Below the pieces are notes generated by a model that was given only the letters and a program-made list of their open reading frames with translations, was not told where the DNA came from and did no database searches. A DNA stretch of 64,000 bases from Tubiluchus corallicola (lineage: Eukaryota; Animalia; Priapulida): the NCBI GenBank assembly GCA_030141605.1, contig JAQGDQ010002378.1:248001-312000 (forward strand), written 5' to 3'. Position numbers and translations under genes: made by a program. Of this stretch, positions 45,480-57,329 are shown piece by piece. Numbering within the stretch: the stretch's first letter is position 1; each line of letters starts with the position of its first letter.

Positions 45480-45703
45480 CTGGTGAGCATTTTTGGATTG
45501 GTTTAATGGACATACACGAGGAGGGTGACTGGAGGTGGTTTGCAACAGGTCGACCTGCCCTTTTTACTTCTTGGGATGTAGCAGATGGCCAACCAGAAAA
45601 TTACGGCGATGGCGAAAGCTGCGCCATCTTGCGGGCAAATGGGAACACGTGGAATGACTTCTCGTGTGATACAGCAAAATTTCCGTATATTTGTGAATTC
45701 TAG
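45480..45703 (+). CDS. C-type lectin domain, terminal exon only (perlucin-like)
   Basis: After AAG acceptor: GEHFWIGLMDIHEEGDWRW..FTSW..GQPENYGDGESCAIL..WNDFSCDTAKFPYICEF*, with the WIGL, WND..C and ICE motifs of CTLDs. No upstream exons recognised. Confidence 0.8.
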
Positions 45704-45983
45704 GCGACAAGCTAGATTACTTATCACGGAAATCCGAATTTTTGTCTTTTTTTAACTCGTTCACTTCCGTTCTTGAAAAAGTAAAAAAATCGAATCGATA
45801 TAGGCTAATATTAAACATGTTTGTATACTGTTGTTACTGATTTGCATACTGATTGTTAATAAACGAAACTTAGTGTGGATTTTACTGGTATTTGAGGACA
45901 ATTTATACGCATTAGTACATGTTCCTATGTAGCAAGTTTGCAATTCTTGTATATCACGCGCATCTGCTTATACACAATTACGG

Positions 45984-46333
45984 CGTTGAAAATACCGGTT
46001 GTTCAAAACAGGTTGATGACAAGGGTTCTCGTCTGATCACCGAAGTTAAGCAACGAAGAGGCGGGTTAGTACTTGGATGGGTGACCGACAAGGAATACTA
46101 GGTTCAAATCACGTTGAAGACACCGGTTCTCTTCTGATCACCGAAGTTAAGCAACGAAGAGGGGGGTTAGTACTTGGATGGGGGACCAACAAGGAATACC
46201 AGGTGCTGCAGGAGTAAGTGAGTGAGTGAGTGAGTGAGTGAGTGAGTGAGTGAGTGAGTGAGTGAGTGAGTGAGTGAGTGAGTGAGTGAGTGAGTGAGTG
46301 AGTGAGTGAGTGAGTGAGTGAGTGAGTGAGTGA
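45984..46333 (+). mobile_element. Tandem 5S-rRNA-derived copies with (GAGT)n tail (5S pseudogene / SINE3-like)
   Basis: Two 5'-truncated 5S-like units (45984-46103 with a short insertion; 46108-46211) containing GATCACCGAAGTTAAGC and TTAGTACTTGGATGGG, with no T-run terminator, followed by (GAGT)n. Confidence 0.75.
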
Positions 46334-46399
46334 GGTAAAGTAAGAGTAACTTTACAGAGATGATCAATCAGTGTTAGTTAATAAAAACTTACACTGCTA

Positions 46400-47695
46400 A
46401 ACTTACTGTGCAGTAATGACGAATAAAATCAAGCATATTTACAACTATGAACAAAAAACGAAAAAAGTATGATTTAATTAATATGGCCGTGGATATATAA
46501 ATTCTGAATTAGTGTGTATGTTGTCGTACTGGTGTGATGATATTTCATATTAGGTTAATATTAGTTATTTTAATTTTGTTTTAAATGCTGATAGGGACTT
46601 GATTTGTTTAACCTGTAATGGTAGAGAATTCCAAAGTAGAATTGCTTGTTTGATTACAGAGTTCGTTCCATAGTGGGTATTTGTCCTAATTTGTTTTAGA
46701 TTGCTTGTTCTGGAATTAACGATTAGACTTGGAAAAAAGGTAAATCTGTTATTCCGGAATGGTTTGCTGATGTTGTTAATGTATTTAAATGTAAAAAGCA
46801 GAGTAAAATATTCTTTGTGTGCTTCAATGATTGGGAATTTTTACGTTTTTCTCAGGTTAGTTGTTGAAGCTTTAAATTTTTGTCTACCTGCCTTACGTTT
46901 GTATGAGTACCCAGCTATTAATCTCAACACATAGTTCTGAAGGAGATTTAATTTTAAGTAATTTTCTCTTTTGGTTTTTTGAAGTAGCGTACATCCATAT
47001 AAGAAGTGTGGTAGAACTAAAGTTTTATATATTAGTGACTTAGTTTCCTTTATTAGCTGCCCTTTAACTTGTCGGAGATATGATGTGCTTGATGCCATTT
47101 TTGTGTATATGTTATTAAAGTGTCATCCCGTGAAAGATTATTGTCTACCTGTATGCCCAGAAATTTATCATTATTAGTTTGTTTGATTACAGCATTATCT
47201 ATTGTCAAAGTGGTTGATGATGCATCATTAGTATTTAATGAGGGTGACAGTATCATGGTTTATGTTTTGTCATTATTCATATTTAGCTTGTAATGACTAA
47301 ATGCCGTATTTATATTTTTTATATCTTTTTCTAAATAAATTTTTGCAGTTTGGATATTTTCATGGGCTATGTAGATTGTAGTGTCATCAGCGTTATTTGT
47401 GAGTGTTGTAATACACTGGATATGTTGTTTATATATAGGCAAAATAATAAAGTAGTAGTGTTCCTTGCGGTATACGTCTGTTTAACGTTGCCCAGTCAGA
47501 AAAGTTGGTTGTATCATTACTCGTTCTTGTCCATCTTTGAGATGATTTTCTATCAGTTTTAACGATATCGAATAAAATCTGATTTGTTTTAAGTTATCGT
47601 AAAGTAGTTCGAGCGTTAATGCTATCGAATGCTTTACTTAAATCCAAAAATGCCGCTAAAATGTATTGCTTGTTGTCTAAACTATGTCTCCAATT
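46400..47695 (-). mobile_element. Degenerate CR1/L2-group LINE reverse transcriptase fragment
   Basis: The - strand gives LAAFLDLSKAFDSI (about 47660-47620), ADDTTIY, KFLGIQVDNNL, LVLPHFLYGC and LLQNYVLRLIAG, with frameshifts. Confidence 0.85.
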
Positions 47696-48062
47696 TTCTG
47701 TTGAGCACAATTAACTACAAATCACTTACCCCCTGTACCCTTCAAGTTTTTTTAGGGAAAATAATTATCAGTATCAACAAAACACATGCATTCAAATAAA
47801 AGGCGTTTTTCCAACCTTCCACTAACGTTAATTTACACTGGTAATGCACAGAGACGTCATTGTTTTTCTGTTTGTTTCATATTCAGTAACTGCCTTGCTA
47901 GGGCTTTAAATTACATGCGCGGTCTCTCAGGACAGAAAACAACACTTTTATTTTGATGGGTGACAGAAGGTTGTTCGTTAAAAATCCGGCTGCTACTGCT
48001 GCTGCTGACTTCAGGTATCTGTGATTAAGAGCTTGACTCTCATGGTCACCAGCCGATGGAAG

Positions 48063-48151
48063 TATTTAAGGCGTGATGAGACCGGTGTTGCTACCATACG
48101 CCTGTCGTCTGTGGTACCACACGAATCTCAACTCAACTTATAATTGTAAGT
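48063..48151 (+). promoter_or_regulatory. Putative TATA box and non-coding first exon of the Gly/Tyr-rich gene
   Basis: TATTTAAG at 48063, GTAAGT donor at 48146, and an acceptor TTAG (48977) just before the ATG exon. Confidence 0.5.
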
Positions 48152-48981
48152 ATTTTTTACTATTACTAAAGTAAGCATTTTGAAGTTTTAGTATATGACC
48201 TAGTCATCTTACGAACTGCGTTTTTTATCGTTACAAACGGCAACTTTTTTTAAAATGTTTGAAAGATTTCTTGGTAATACATTCAGTGGTATTTTTTGAA
48301 GAGTAAACTTACAAGATGTTTCGTTTTATCTTAACATTTACGACAAACTTTATCTACAATATAGGAGTAGCAAGATTGAGACGAAATTATTTTACATTTT
48401 GAAACGTACGAGTCAGTAAGGGAAACTGTTTGAAAACGTAAAATGTACATACCTATCCCCGTTTTTGTCTCTTTTAGCTTTTCGAGTTTGTTTAATTTTT
48501 GCTAAGAAGGAAATTTAGCACAAATGTCTTAATTTATTGCAAATTTTACATAATACGTTTACCTCTAAGCCATCAAAATATTGAACGTATCAAAATTCTG
48601 TTTTAAACGGTTTCCGCTACTAAACCGGCATAATCTAAACTTAATCCAGGCGTTCATTGATGCTTCACAGTCTTTTTGCGACTGCTTAACTTTGGCTACC
48701 AAAGAAATTTAGCACAAACTGACTAATTGTCTTCTTTTTTGCGAAATTTAGTATAATACATGTTGTACTAATACATGTATCAAACACTTTATTTAACCCT
48801 TGATCAGCATTAGGTGAGTTTTCATCACTTTTGATTGCAGTCTCTTCACCAAACAACATTGATCATTAGAGCATTGTCAGTTTTATGCTAAAATAATTTG
48901 GAAAATGACAATTATTGATTTTTTATCGAATGCCCATTCAAGTTCTAGTTTGTTAATTAAATATTTTTTCTTGTTAGGAAA

Positions 48982-49933
48982 ATGAAGATCACTCTAGCTT
49001 TCCTCCTTGCCGTTTTGGTAAGTCGTCTATGGACGGAATTTCACAATTTAGCCAATTGTTCATGTTCGAGTACCACACCTAGTTAATTTACATTCACGTT
49101 TCTATTTAATACAACGTAGCCTTTACTGCATCAATCAAAGTACGTCGACACATGTACTTGGCATTGGTTTGTGTTAGCCAACAACATTTCAGTCAAACTA
49201 TTTAATTACATTTGGAGACAAAAGAAGTTAAAAGAACAAGAAGTTTTTATTTGTATAACAGTTTCATTGATAATACATTTGTACAACAGTTTCATTGATA
49301 AGTTCATTTGTACAACAGTTTCATTGATAAGTTCATTTGTACAACAGTTTCATTGATAAGTACATTTGTACAACAGTTTCATTGATAGTTCATTTGTACA
49401 ACAGTTTCATTGATAAGTTTATTTGTACAACAGTTTCATTGATAAGTACATTTGTACAACAGTTTCATTGATAAGTTTATTTGTACAACAGTTTCATTGA
49501 TAAGTACATTTGTACAACAGTTTCATTGATAGTTCATTTGTACAACAGTTTCATTGATAGTTCATTTGTACAACAGTTTCATTGATAAGTTCACGTGTAC
49601 AACAGTTTCATTGATAAGTTCATTTGTACAACAGTTTCATTGATAATACATTTGTAGGTTGCTGTAGTCAGTGCCAGCGGATTTTATGGTGGCAGCTACG
49701 GACGAGGCTTGGGCTATGGACGTGGCCTTGGCTATGGACGTGGATTAGGTTACGGATATGGAAGTGGATACGGTGGATTTGGTGGATATGGCGGTGGTTA
49801 CTACGGACGTGGATATGGTGGATTTGGTGGATATGGTGGATATGGCCGTGGTTACTACGGACGTGGATACGGTGGACTTGGTGGCTACGGACGTGTATCT
49901 TATGGCCGTGGATACGGTGGTGGTTTCTGGTAA
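48982..49933 (+). CDS. Secreted Gly/Tyr/Arg-rich protein, 103 aa; exons 48982-49017 and 49658-49933
   Basis: MKITLAFLLAVL|VAVVSA-SGFYGGSYGRGLGYGRGLGY..YGRGYGGGFW*. Hydrophobic signal peptide split by a phase-0 GTAAGT..TAG intron; varied Gly codons; AATAAA at 50245. Confidence 0.9.
49250..49657. repeat. 28-29-bp minisatellite, about 14 copies, ending at the splice acceptor
   Basis: Unit ACAGTTTCATTGATAAGTTCATTTGTACA. Confidence 0.93.
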
Positions 49934-51429
49934 ATCCTGTGATTCCCAAGTTGAACATAGATTGAACATTCTTTTTACAATACTTCTACAGTTATGGACA
50001 GTAGAATAGTTCTTCAACAGATCCGGAGTCCATCCGTGCTTGACGTAGATCCACTTCTCCTTGATATATCCACGTTTGTTTCAGATCCACTTGTAGCTGT
50101 TATATTTCAGACTGCCTTTTCAATGTTTTTCTAATGTAAAAGATGTAAATGCTAGTCTAAGTTATCTTTACTATATCTGTATGTGAAGGTAAAATATTCC
50201 CTTGTTTCGATTCGAGTCGTTTTGAGGATTCTCCATACAAAGAAAATAAATTAAAAGTTAATCGCTGCACGTTTATCATGAGACGTTAAAAATAGAAATC
50301 TAAATCGGTTGTGTATAATTCTGAAACTCTTCTTTGTGAGAAATAAATTTTTGTAAAAAAGAACAGCAAAATTGTCAATATGATAATTGTTATATTATAT
50401 TAACATTATAATATATTAACAATAAGTTCTACAGTTAATAGAAATTAATGAAAAGTAAAGTACAAATAGCACAAATAACTATAAAAATGTGAACTAAGGT
50501 TTGTATGCAAATGCAAACATAAGCAGCTAAATTTAGTAAAGGTACAAAGCTTACAAAGTAATAACATAAAGACGTACATGATTTTTATATTGAAGACCAG
50601 ATAATACACAGAAATCTGTTACATGGAAAACAGCTATACAAGGGACAAAGAGCGAAATCACGAACACAATTGACTAATTACATTAATGGAACACATGTAA
50701 TGCCTTATATCTGAGAAATATCCCAACAATATCAAGCGGCAAAATACAGTTAACGCGAAAGTGTCATGGAAACAAATTAAACTTGAAAATTAATCAGTCA
50801 AATAAAAGAAAACACACAATCAACTCACTACTCTGCAAAGCACCTAAAAAGCTTTCCAAGTAAGCAAGCTAGGAGACATGCATCCAGTGTACAACACGAC
50901 AAGCACATTCAGAACTACACCTACTTCTCAATCAGTCAACCAACCAATCGGTTGTCTGAACAACCGACTTACTCACCAAACAACCAATCAACCAATGTCT
51001 GACAGCTAGTATGCCACCCAACCAACCAATCAAGCAGAGAACAAAGAACAGACAGAGAAACTGTTTATCAGACAACAATTATACAAGGAAGTAATGGAAA
51101 AACAGGCGAATATGTGGGATTGTAATCACAGCATATGTCACAAAGCAACTACATTATAGCAATTACTGAAGTTAATTAGCTAAGTCTCTTGGTGTAACCG
51201 AAGGTCTTTAATGCAGCTAATCGCATTGATTCTAAGCTTTTTTCTGTGTAATTTTCTGAGCTGCTGATAATTCGTCGAAGTCTGCAGCATCTTGCAGTGG
51301 ACTTTGGTTGCATGAATCCGTAATTTTTTGCAAAAAATCCATGCCACGATTTTTCTCCATTGTTTTTGCTGACAATGGCAGTAAATGACCTTTTACTTTT
51401 AAGTATACGAAGTCTTGGTTTTAAAGCTC

Positions 51430-52200
51430 AATAGTGCACAGTAGACAATAGTGCACTGTAGACAATAGTGCACGGTAGACAATAGTGCACGGTAGACAAT
51501 AGTGCACAGTAGACAAGAGTTCACTGTAGACAATAGTGCACAGTAGACAATAGTGCACAGTAGACAAGAGTGCACAGTAGACAAGAGTGCACTGTAGACA
51601 ATAGTGCACAGTAGACAAGAGTTCACTGTAGACAAGAGTGCACAGTAGACAATAGTGCACAGTAGACAATAGTGCATGGTAGACAATAGTGCACGGTAGA
51701 CAATAGTGCACAGTAGACAAGAGTTCACTGTAGACAATAGTGCACAGTAGACAATAGTGCACAGTAGACAAGAGTGCACAGTAGACAAGAGTGCACTGTA
51801 GACAATAGTGCACAGTAGACAAGAGTTCACTGTAGACAATAGTGCACAGTAGACAATAGTGCACAGTAGACAAGAGTGCACAGTAGACAAGAGTGCACTG
51901 TAGACAATAGTGCACAGTAGACAATAGTGCACAGTAGACAATAGTGCACAGTAGACAAGAGTGCACAGTAGACAAGAGTGCACTGTAGACAATAGTGCAC
52001 AGTAGACAATAGTGCACTGTAGACAATAGTGCACAGTAGACAAGAGTGCACAGTAGACAAGAGTGCACTGTAGACAATAGTGCACTGTAGACAATAGTGC
52101 ACTGTAGACAAGAGTACACTGTAGACAAGGGTGCACTGTAGACAATAGTGCACAGTAGACAAGAGTGCACTGTAGACAAGAGTGCACTGTAGACAATAGT
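51430..52200. repeat. 17-bp minisatellite, about 45 copies
   Basis: Unit AGTGCAC(A/T)GTAGACAA(T/G). Confidence 0.95.
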
Positions 52201-52264
52201 CTACATTGCTTAACTTCGGTGATCAGACGATTACTGGTGTATTCAATGTGATATGGCCGTAGAC
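52200..52264 (-). pseudogene. 3'-truncated 5S rRNA copy
   Basis: Only the 5' ~65 nt of 5S are present; the 3' half is replaced by the 17-bp minisatellite. Confidence 0.85.
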
Positions 52265-53103
52265 ATTAGGAGTTTCTTAAGACGAGTTAACATAGAAATG
52301 ATGTACATGAACAAGCAAACCTTTTTAGTATTGTAATGCAAAGTATAAATAAAAATATAACATGAAATTATAAAGTATCAGGGAGGTTGAAATACCGAGC
52401 TCAAGTATATTACCTTCTAAATATGACATAATTAAACATGAGAATGATCAAGCATGAACAAGCAAAAATATTCTTCATTTAAAAATATTTGTCAGAACAA
52501 AAATCCATTTTTGAGTGGTGAAGAAGATCTTACAGCATTTTTCATCACCCTTCCTGACCATTTAAAAAAGTCTAAGCACCAAGTTAAGAAGTTACCAGCA
52601 TCAGCAGTCGCCGGGCAGTCACCCATTCAAACGCAAAACCAAACCAGGTTCGAGGTTGCTTAACTTCTGCATTTCGTTAAAAAGAGATAATATAGAAACA
52701 GTAGATAGATTACGGTGAACGTAGTAACAAAGTACCTGTTTTGATTTTTTATGAAAATCAAAAATCAGTTTTGAAGGGCAGTGGCTGATTTTCTACGCAT
52801 ACTACGATTACTACGATTTCCAAGCATAACAAAGTACCTGTTTTGATTTTTTATGAAAATCAAAAATCATTTTTGAAGGGCAGTGGCTGATTTTCTAGTT
52901 TATTTTCATTTTTCCTTACCTTGTGTAACATTCGAGAAACGTAACAAATAGATAGTTTTTCACATTAAAATGCAAAAAAATAAAAATCAACGTAAGGTCG
53001 AGACAGACATTTATTTCCACCACTTCAACTTCCAAAAATCAAAGACAATCTAAAGTGTTCGTGTTGTGCACACACTTCGCTAGATAATTGTCAATCACTA
53101 AAA

Positions 53104-53222
53104 AGACTACAGCACGTGGTATTCCTAGGCGGTCACCCATCCAAGTACTAACCACGCTCTACATTGCTTAACTTCGGTGATCAGACGAGAACCGGTGTAT
53201 TCAATGTGATATGGCCGTAGAC
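53104..53222 (-). rRNA. 5S rRNA gene
   Basis: 119-nt copy with intact box A (AGTTAAGC), box C (TGGATGGGTGACC) and T-run terminator. Confidence 0.93.
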
Positions 53223-53551
53223 ATTAGCAGTTTCTTAAGACGAGTTAACATAGAAATGATGTACATGAACAGCAAATATTTCTAGTATTGTAATGCAAAG
53301 TATAAATAAAAATATCACATGAAATTGTAAAGTATCAGGGAGGTGGAAATACCGTGCTCAAGTATATTGCCTTTTAAATATGACATAATTTACAAGTCCT
53401 GGGCAGTCACCCATTCAAACGCAAAACCAGGTTCGAGGTTGCTCAACTTCTGCATTTTGTTACAGACAGATAACGTAGAAATAATGGATAGATTAAGCGA
53501 AACACAAGAACAAGGTAAACTGTTTTGATTTTTTTTTATAAAAATCAAAAA

Positions 53552-55621
53552 TCATCTTTGGGGGATACCAACCAGTAGATGAATTTCTCGTGGATTGCCA
53601 CAAAGAATCTCTGGGTCACCTAGGATCATGCCCTTTAAGTCTCCTAACCAATCACCCTCAGAACATGCCGGAAAGGGTCTCACTAGTTTATCTTGGGTGG
53701 TGGCATTAAAGGTCACAATTTTTCCTGTATTTGTTCGAAGTTTAGCACGAACAATGTGGCATTTCTGTTGCGGTGTGCTAAGTCCACCCATAATAGCTAA
53801 CGAAAGATTACGCTCGCCTATAATTTCGCAACCTGCTCGCTCTGCAACATCACACAAAATAAGAGAGGTAGTGGCACCAGGATTTATAAAAACACGAATA
53901 GGAATTGACGATTTGGTATCTTCCAAAACAGCAGTCGCAGTCATTAAGAACACAACATTCGTACAAAAAGACTGTAAATGAACTGATGGAACATCAACAC
54001 TTGCATCAGAAGTATTTGAACCTCTTTTAACATAAGGACTCACCTGGAAGCAGCCAGCAATTGAATTGCACAATAAATAATGATGCCATTTACTACATCG
54101 GTTGCATGGAGGTTTACGGCAAGTATCAGCTCTGTGGTTTAAACCAAGACACAAAAAACAACGGTGCTGCTCAGCAACCTTCTGTTTTCGCTCTTGCAAA
54201 GTCTTAGTAGGAAGAGACGCACAATCAAGCCACATATGTTGAGCTCTGCCACAAAATAAACAATGGGAATTCTTTGAAGCTGTAGGCGCATTTTTGGTGT
54301 TTCCACAAAAATCACTAGACTGAAGAAGAGAAACTGAATCTAGGGTGCTCCTCACACCTAAATTCTTATACCCAGCACGACGACTAAATTCACCAGACTC
54401 TCTATGGCGAGTATATGAAGCAGCCTTTCGTCTAATATCAACTTCGCTTTTCATGAACTGTCGAAATTTTTCAAAGCATGTTGTGTCATCTTCACGCTGT
54501 CATCTTCACGCCTTCTCATTCACTCCCATTCAACACGCCAAGCATATGGAATTTTTGCTAGAAAGAGAGGTTTTAGGGTTTTACCTAATTCTTCTGTACT
54601 AAGTCCCATTGCACTGAGGCCTCTTATAACAACTTCAAGCTCATCTACAAAACTTCCTTGTGCTTCAATATTTTTCGAATCGGTGATGGGCTTTAACTGC
54701 CACAGTTTTTTTAACAATGACATCTCGATTGCGTCTTTATCACCAAATCTCTCCTTTAACAAAGAAACAGCTTCCTTATAATTGCCATCTACAGGCTGCA
54801 GGCCATCTATCACATGAGCAGCTTCACCTTTAAGTAAGCTCTTTAAGTAAACAAGTTTATGAACGTCTGGTACAGGTTTAGCATCCACAGAGGCAACGAA
54901 CATGTCCCAAAATTCGTAAAACTTCAATGGGTCACCACTGAAAGTTGGCAGTTGCAATTTAGGTAGTTTTATGTTGGTGACTTCTGCACCGACTACATTA
55001 TTAGTTGGTAAATTCGCTGCACTTTCACTACGTGCTAAATCACAGTTATTCACTCGTCGCAAGACAAAATCATTATCACTTGCATGTCGCTGGAAATCAC
55101 TAGGACTACATGGTCTTGAATCTGGTTTTAGCAAACTTAGTGCCTGAGCAGAAATTAATTCCGCTGTGTTGATTAATTCACTTGCCTCTATAATCGCTTG
55201 TTCAAGTTCTTCACCTTCTAAATAATCTTCTAACTACACTTCTGTTTCATTAAAGGTGGCAATATATTTTCCAAGGTTCTCTAATTTTTGCTGAACAAAC
55301 ACAAAGTTAGGCGTTTCACTAGACATCGCCTCTTTTAGTAATTTTATGCCAGTCTTCACCCAACCCTTGGATCTACTTCTAGAGTGTTTAATTTTATCAC
55401 ACTCAGCCATACTCATCTAAAGGTCTCTTTTCCCGGCAGTTCCGTACCAAAATATAAATACAATCACGGATAAGTTCCAATTATTTAATACAAAAAGATT
55501 TATTTAAAACTGTAAATTGTTTATCACGCATAAAATCGAATTTTGCCACTGGAACAAAAATGGCGCACACATGTGGAACAAAAAAACACAATATGCAAAA
55601 TCTTCGTGACATAGTTTTACA
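53552..55621 (-). mobile_element. Truncated BEL/Pao LTR retrotransposon (short 5' LTR, PBS, gag, protease)
   Basis: KLPKLQLPTFSGDP..FWDMF..KLVYLKSLLKGEA..LKERFG (DUF1759-type gag); three Cys/His knuckles (CLFC..H...C, CFLCL...H....C, CNRC...HH..LC); protease-like IRVFINPGATTSLI..IHLLVG; in-frame stops and a frameshift. Putative LTR TGTAAA..TTTATA at 55621-55453 followed by TTT-TGGTACGG (PBS-like). No RT or integrase. Confidence 0.9.
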
Positions 55622-56387
55622 AAAATATCTGTCAGAACAAAAATCCATTTTTGAGTGTTGAAGAAGATTTTACAGCTTTTGTCAGAACCCTTCCCGTCCA
55701 TTTAAAAAAATGTAAGCCAAGGGCAGTCACCCATTCAAACACAAAACCAAACCAGGTTCCAGGTTGCTTAACTTCTGTATTTCGTTGAAAAGAGATAATA
55801 TAGAAATAATAGATAGATTAAGGTGAACGTAGGAACAAAGTATCTGTTTTGATTTTTTATGAAAATCAAAAATAATTTTTGAAGGGCAGTGGCTGATTTT
55901 CTAGTTTTATTTTCATTTTTCTTCACATTGTGTAATATTCGAGAAACGTAGCAAATAGATAGTTTTTGACATTATCCGACATACGAACACGATGATACTT
56001 ACTCAAATCATAATTTCATTTTTCCTAGACCTTACTAAACTAGTTTATATTTTATTTTTTGAATTTCTAGTTGCACTTATAGTTTAGCTTGCACCAGACG
56101 CATTTGCCTAGAACAGTGTATGTTTTTTATATGGACTAACACTGATTGTCTGTCTTTTAATATGATGGTCAATGTTTTATAATGGCGAATAAAGATTTTA
56201 CTACTACTACTACTACTACTACTAGATAGTTTTAGACATTAAAATGCAAAGCAAATAAAAATCAACATAATGTCGAGACAGACACTTATTCCCACCACTT
56301 CGACTTCCAAAAATCAAAAACAATACTGTTAAAATGAAACGGTCGTGTTGTGCACACACTTCGATAGATAATAGTCACTAGCTAAAA

Positions 56388-56506
56388 AGTCTACAGCACG
56401 TGGTATTCCTAGGCGGTCACCCATCCAAGTACTAACCACGCTTTACATTGCTTAACTTCGGTGATCAGACGAGAACCGGTGTTTTCAATGTGATATGGCA
56501 GTAGAC
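56388..56506 (-). rRNA. 5S rRNA gene
   Basis: 119-nt copy with intact internal control region and T-run terminator; a few substitutions. Confidence 0.9.
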
Positions 56507-57210
56507 ATTAACAGTTTCTTAAGATGAGTTAACATAGAAATGATGTACATGAACAAGTAAACCTTTTTAGCATTTTAATGCAAAGTATAAACAGAAATAT
56601 CACATGAAATTATAAAATGTCAGGGAGGTTGAATACCGTGCTTAAGTATATTACCTTCTAGATATGACATAATTAAACATGGGAATGATCAAGCATGAAC
56701 AAGCAAAAAGATTCTTCATTTAAAAATATTTGTCAGAACAAAAATCCATTTTTGAGTGGTGAAAAAGATCTTACAGCATTTGTCATCACCCTTCCTGATC
56801 ATTTAGAAAAATGTAAGTACCGGGCAGTCACCCATTCAAACGCAAAACCAGGTTTGAGGTTGCTTAACTTCTGCATTTTGTTATAGACAGATAATATAGA
56901 AATAATAGATAGATGAAGGTGAACGTAGTAACAAAGTATCTGTTTTGATTTTTTATGAAAATCAAAAATCATTTTTGAAGGACAGTGGCTGATTTTCTAG
57001 TTTTATTTTCATTTTTCCTTACTTTGTATAATATTGGAGAAATGCAACAAGTAGATAGTCTTTCACATTAAAATGCAAAAAAAATCAACATAATGTCGAG
57101 ACAGACATTTATTTTCACCACTTCAACTTCCAAAAATCAAAAACAATACTGTCAAAATGAAACGGTCGTGTTGTGCACACACTTTGATAGTTAATAGTCA
57201 CTAGCTAAAA

Positions 57211-57329
57211 AGTCTACAGCACGTGGTATTCCTAGGCGGTCCCCCATCCAAGTACTAACCACGCTCTACATTGCTTAACTTCGGTGATCAGACGAGAACC
57301 GGTGTATTCAATGTGATATGGCCGTAGAC
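57211..57329 (-). rRNA. 5S rRNA gene
   Basis: 119-nt copy with T-run terminator. Confidence 0.93.

Noticed and set aside
49624-50017. Alternative-frame and antisense ORFs over the Gly/Tyr exon
   Set aside because: Shadows of GGN/TAY codon repeats; only the Gly/Tyr frame joins the signal-peptide exon.
51399-52196. Cys-rich repeat protein ORFs
   Set aside because: Open in multiple frames because the 17-bp unit rarely gives stops on that strand; no signal peptide, splice sites or codon periodicity.
56507-57210. Spliced-leader RNA or U snRNA gene linked to 5S in the spacer
   Set aside because: Looked for because such linkage is common, but I saw no convincing Sm site with donor and stem-loops; an Rfam cmscan would settle it.
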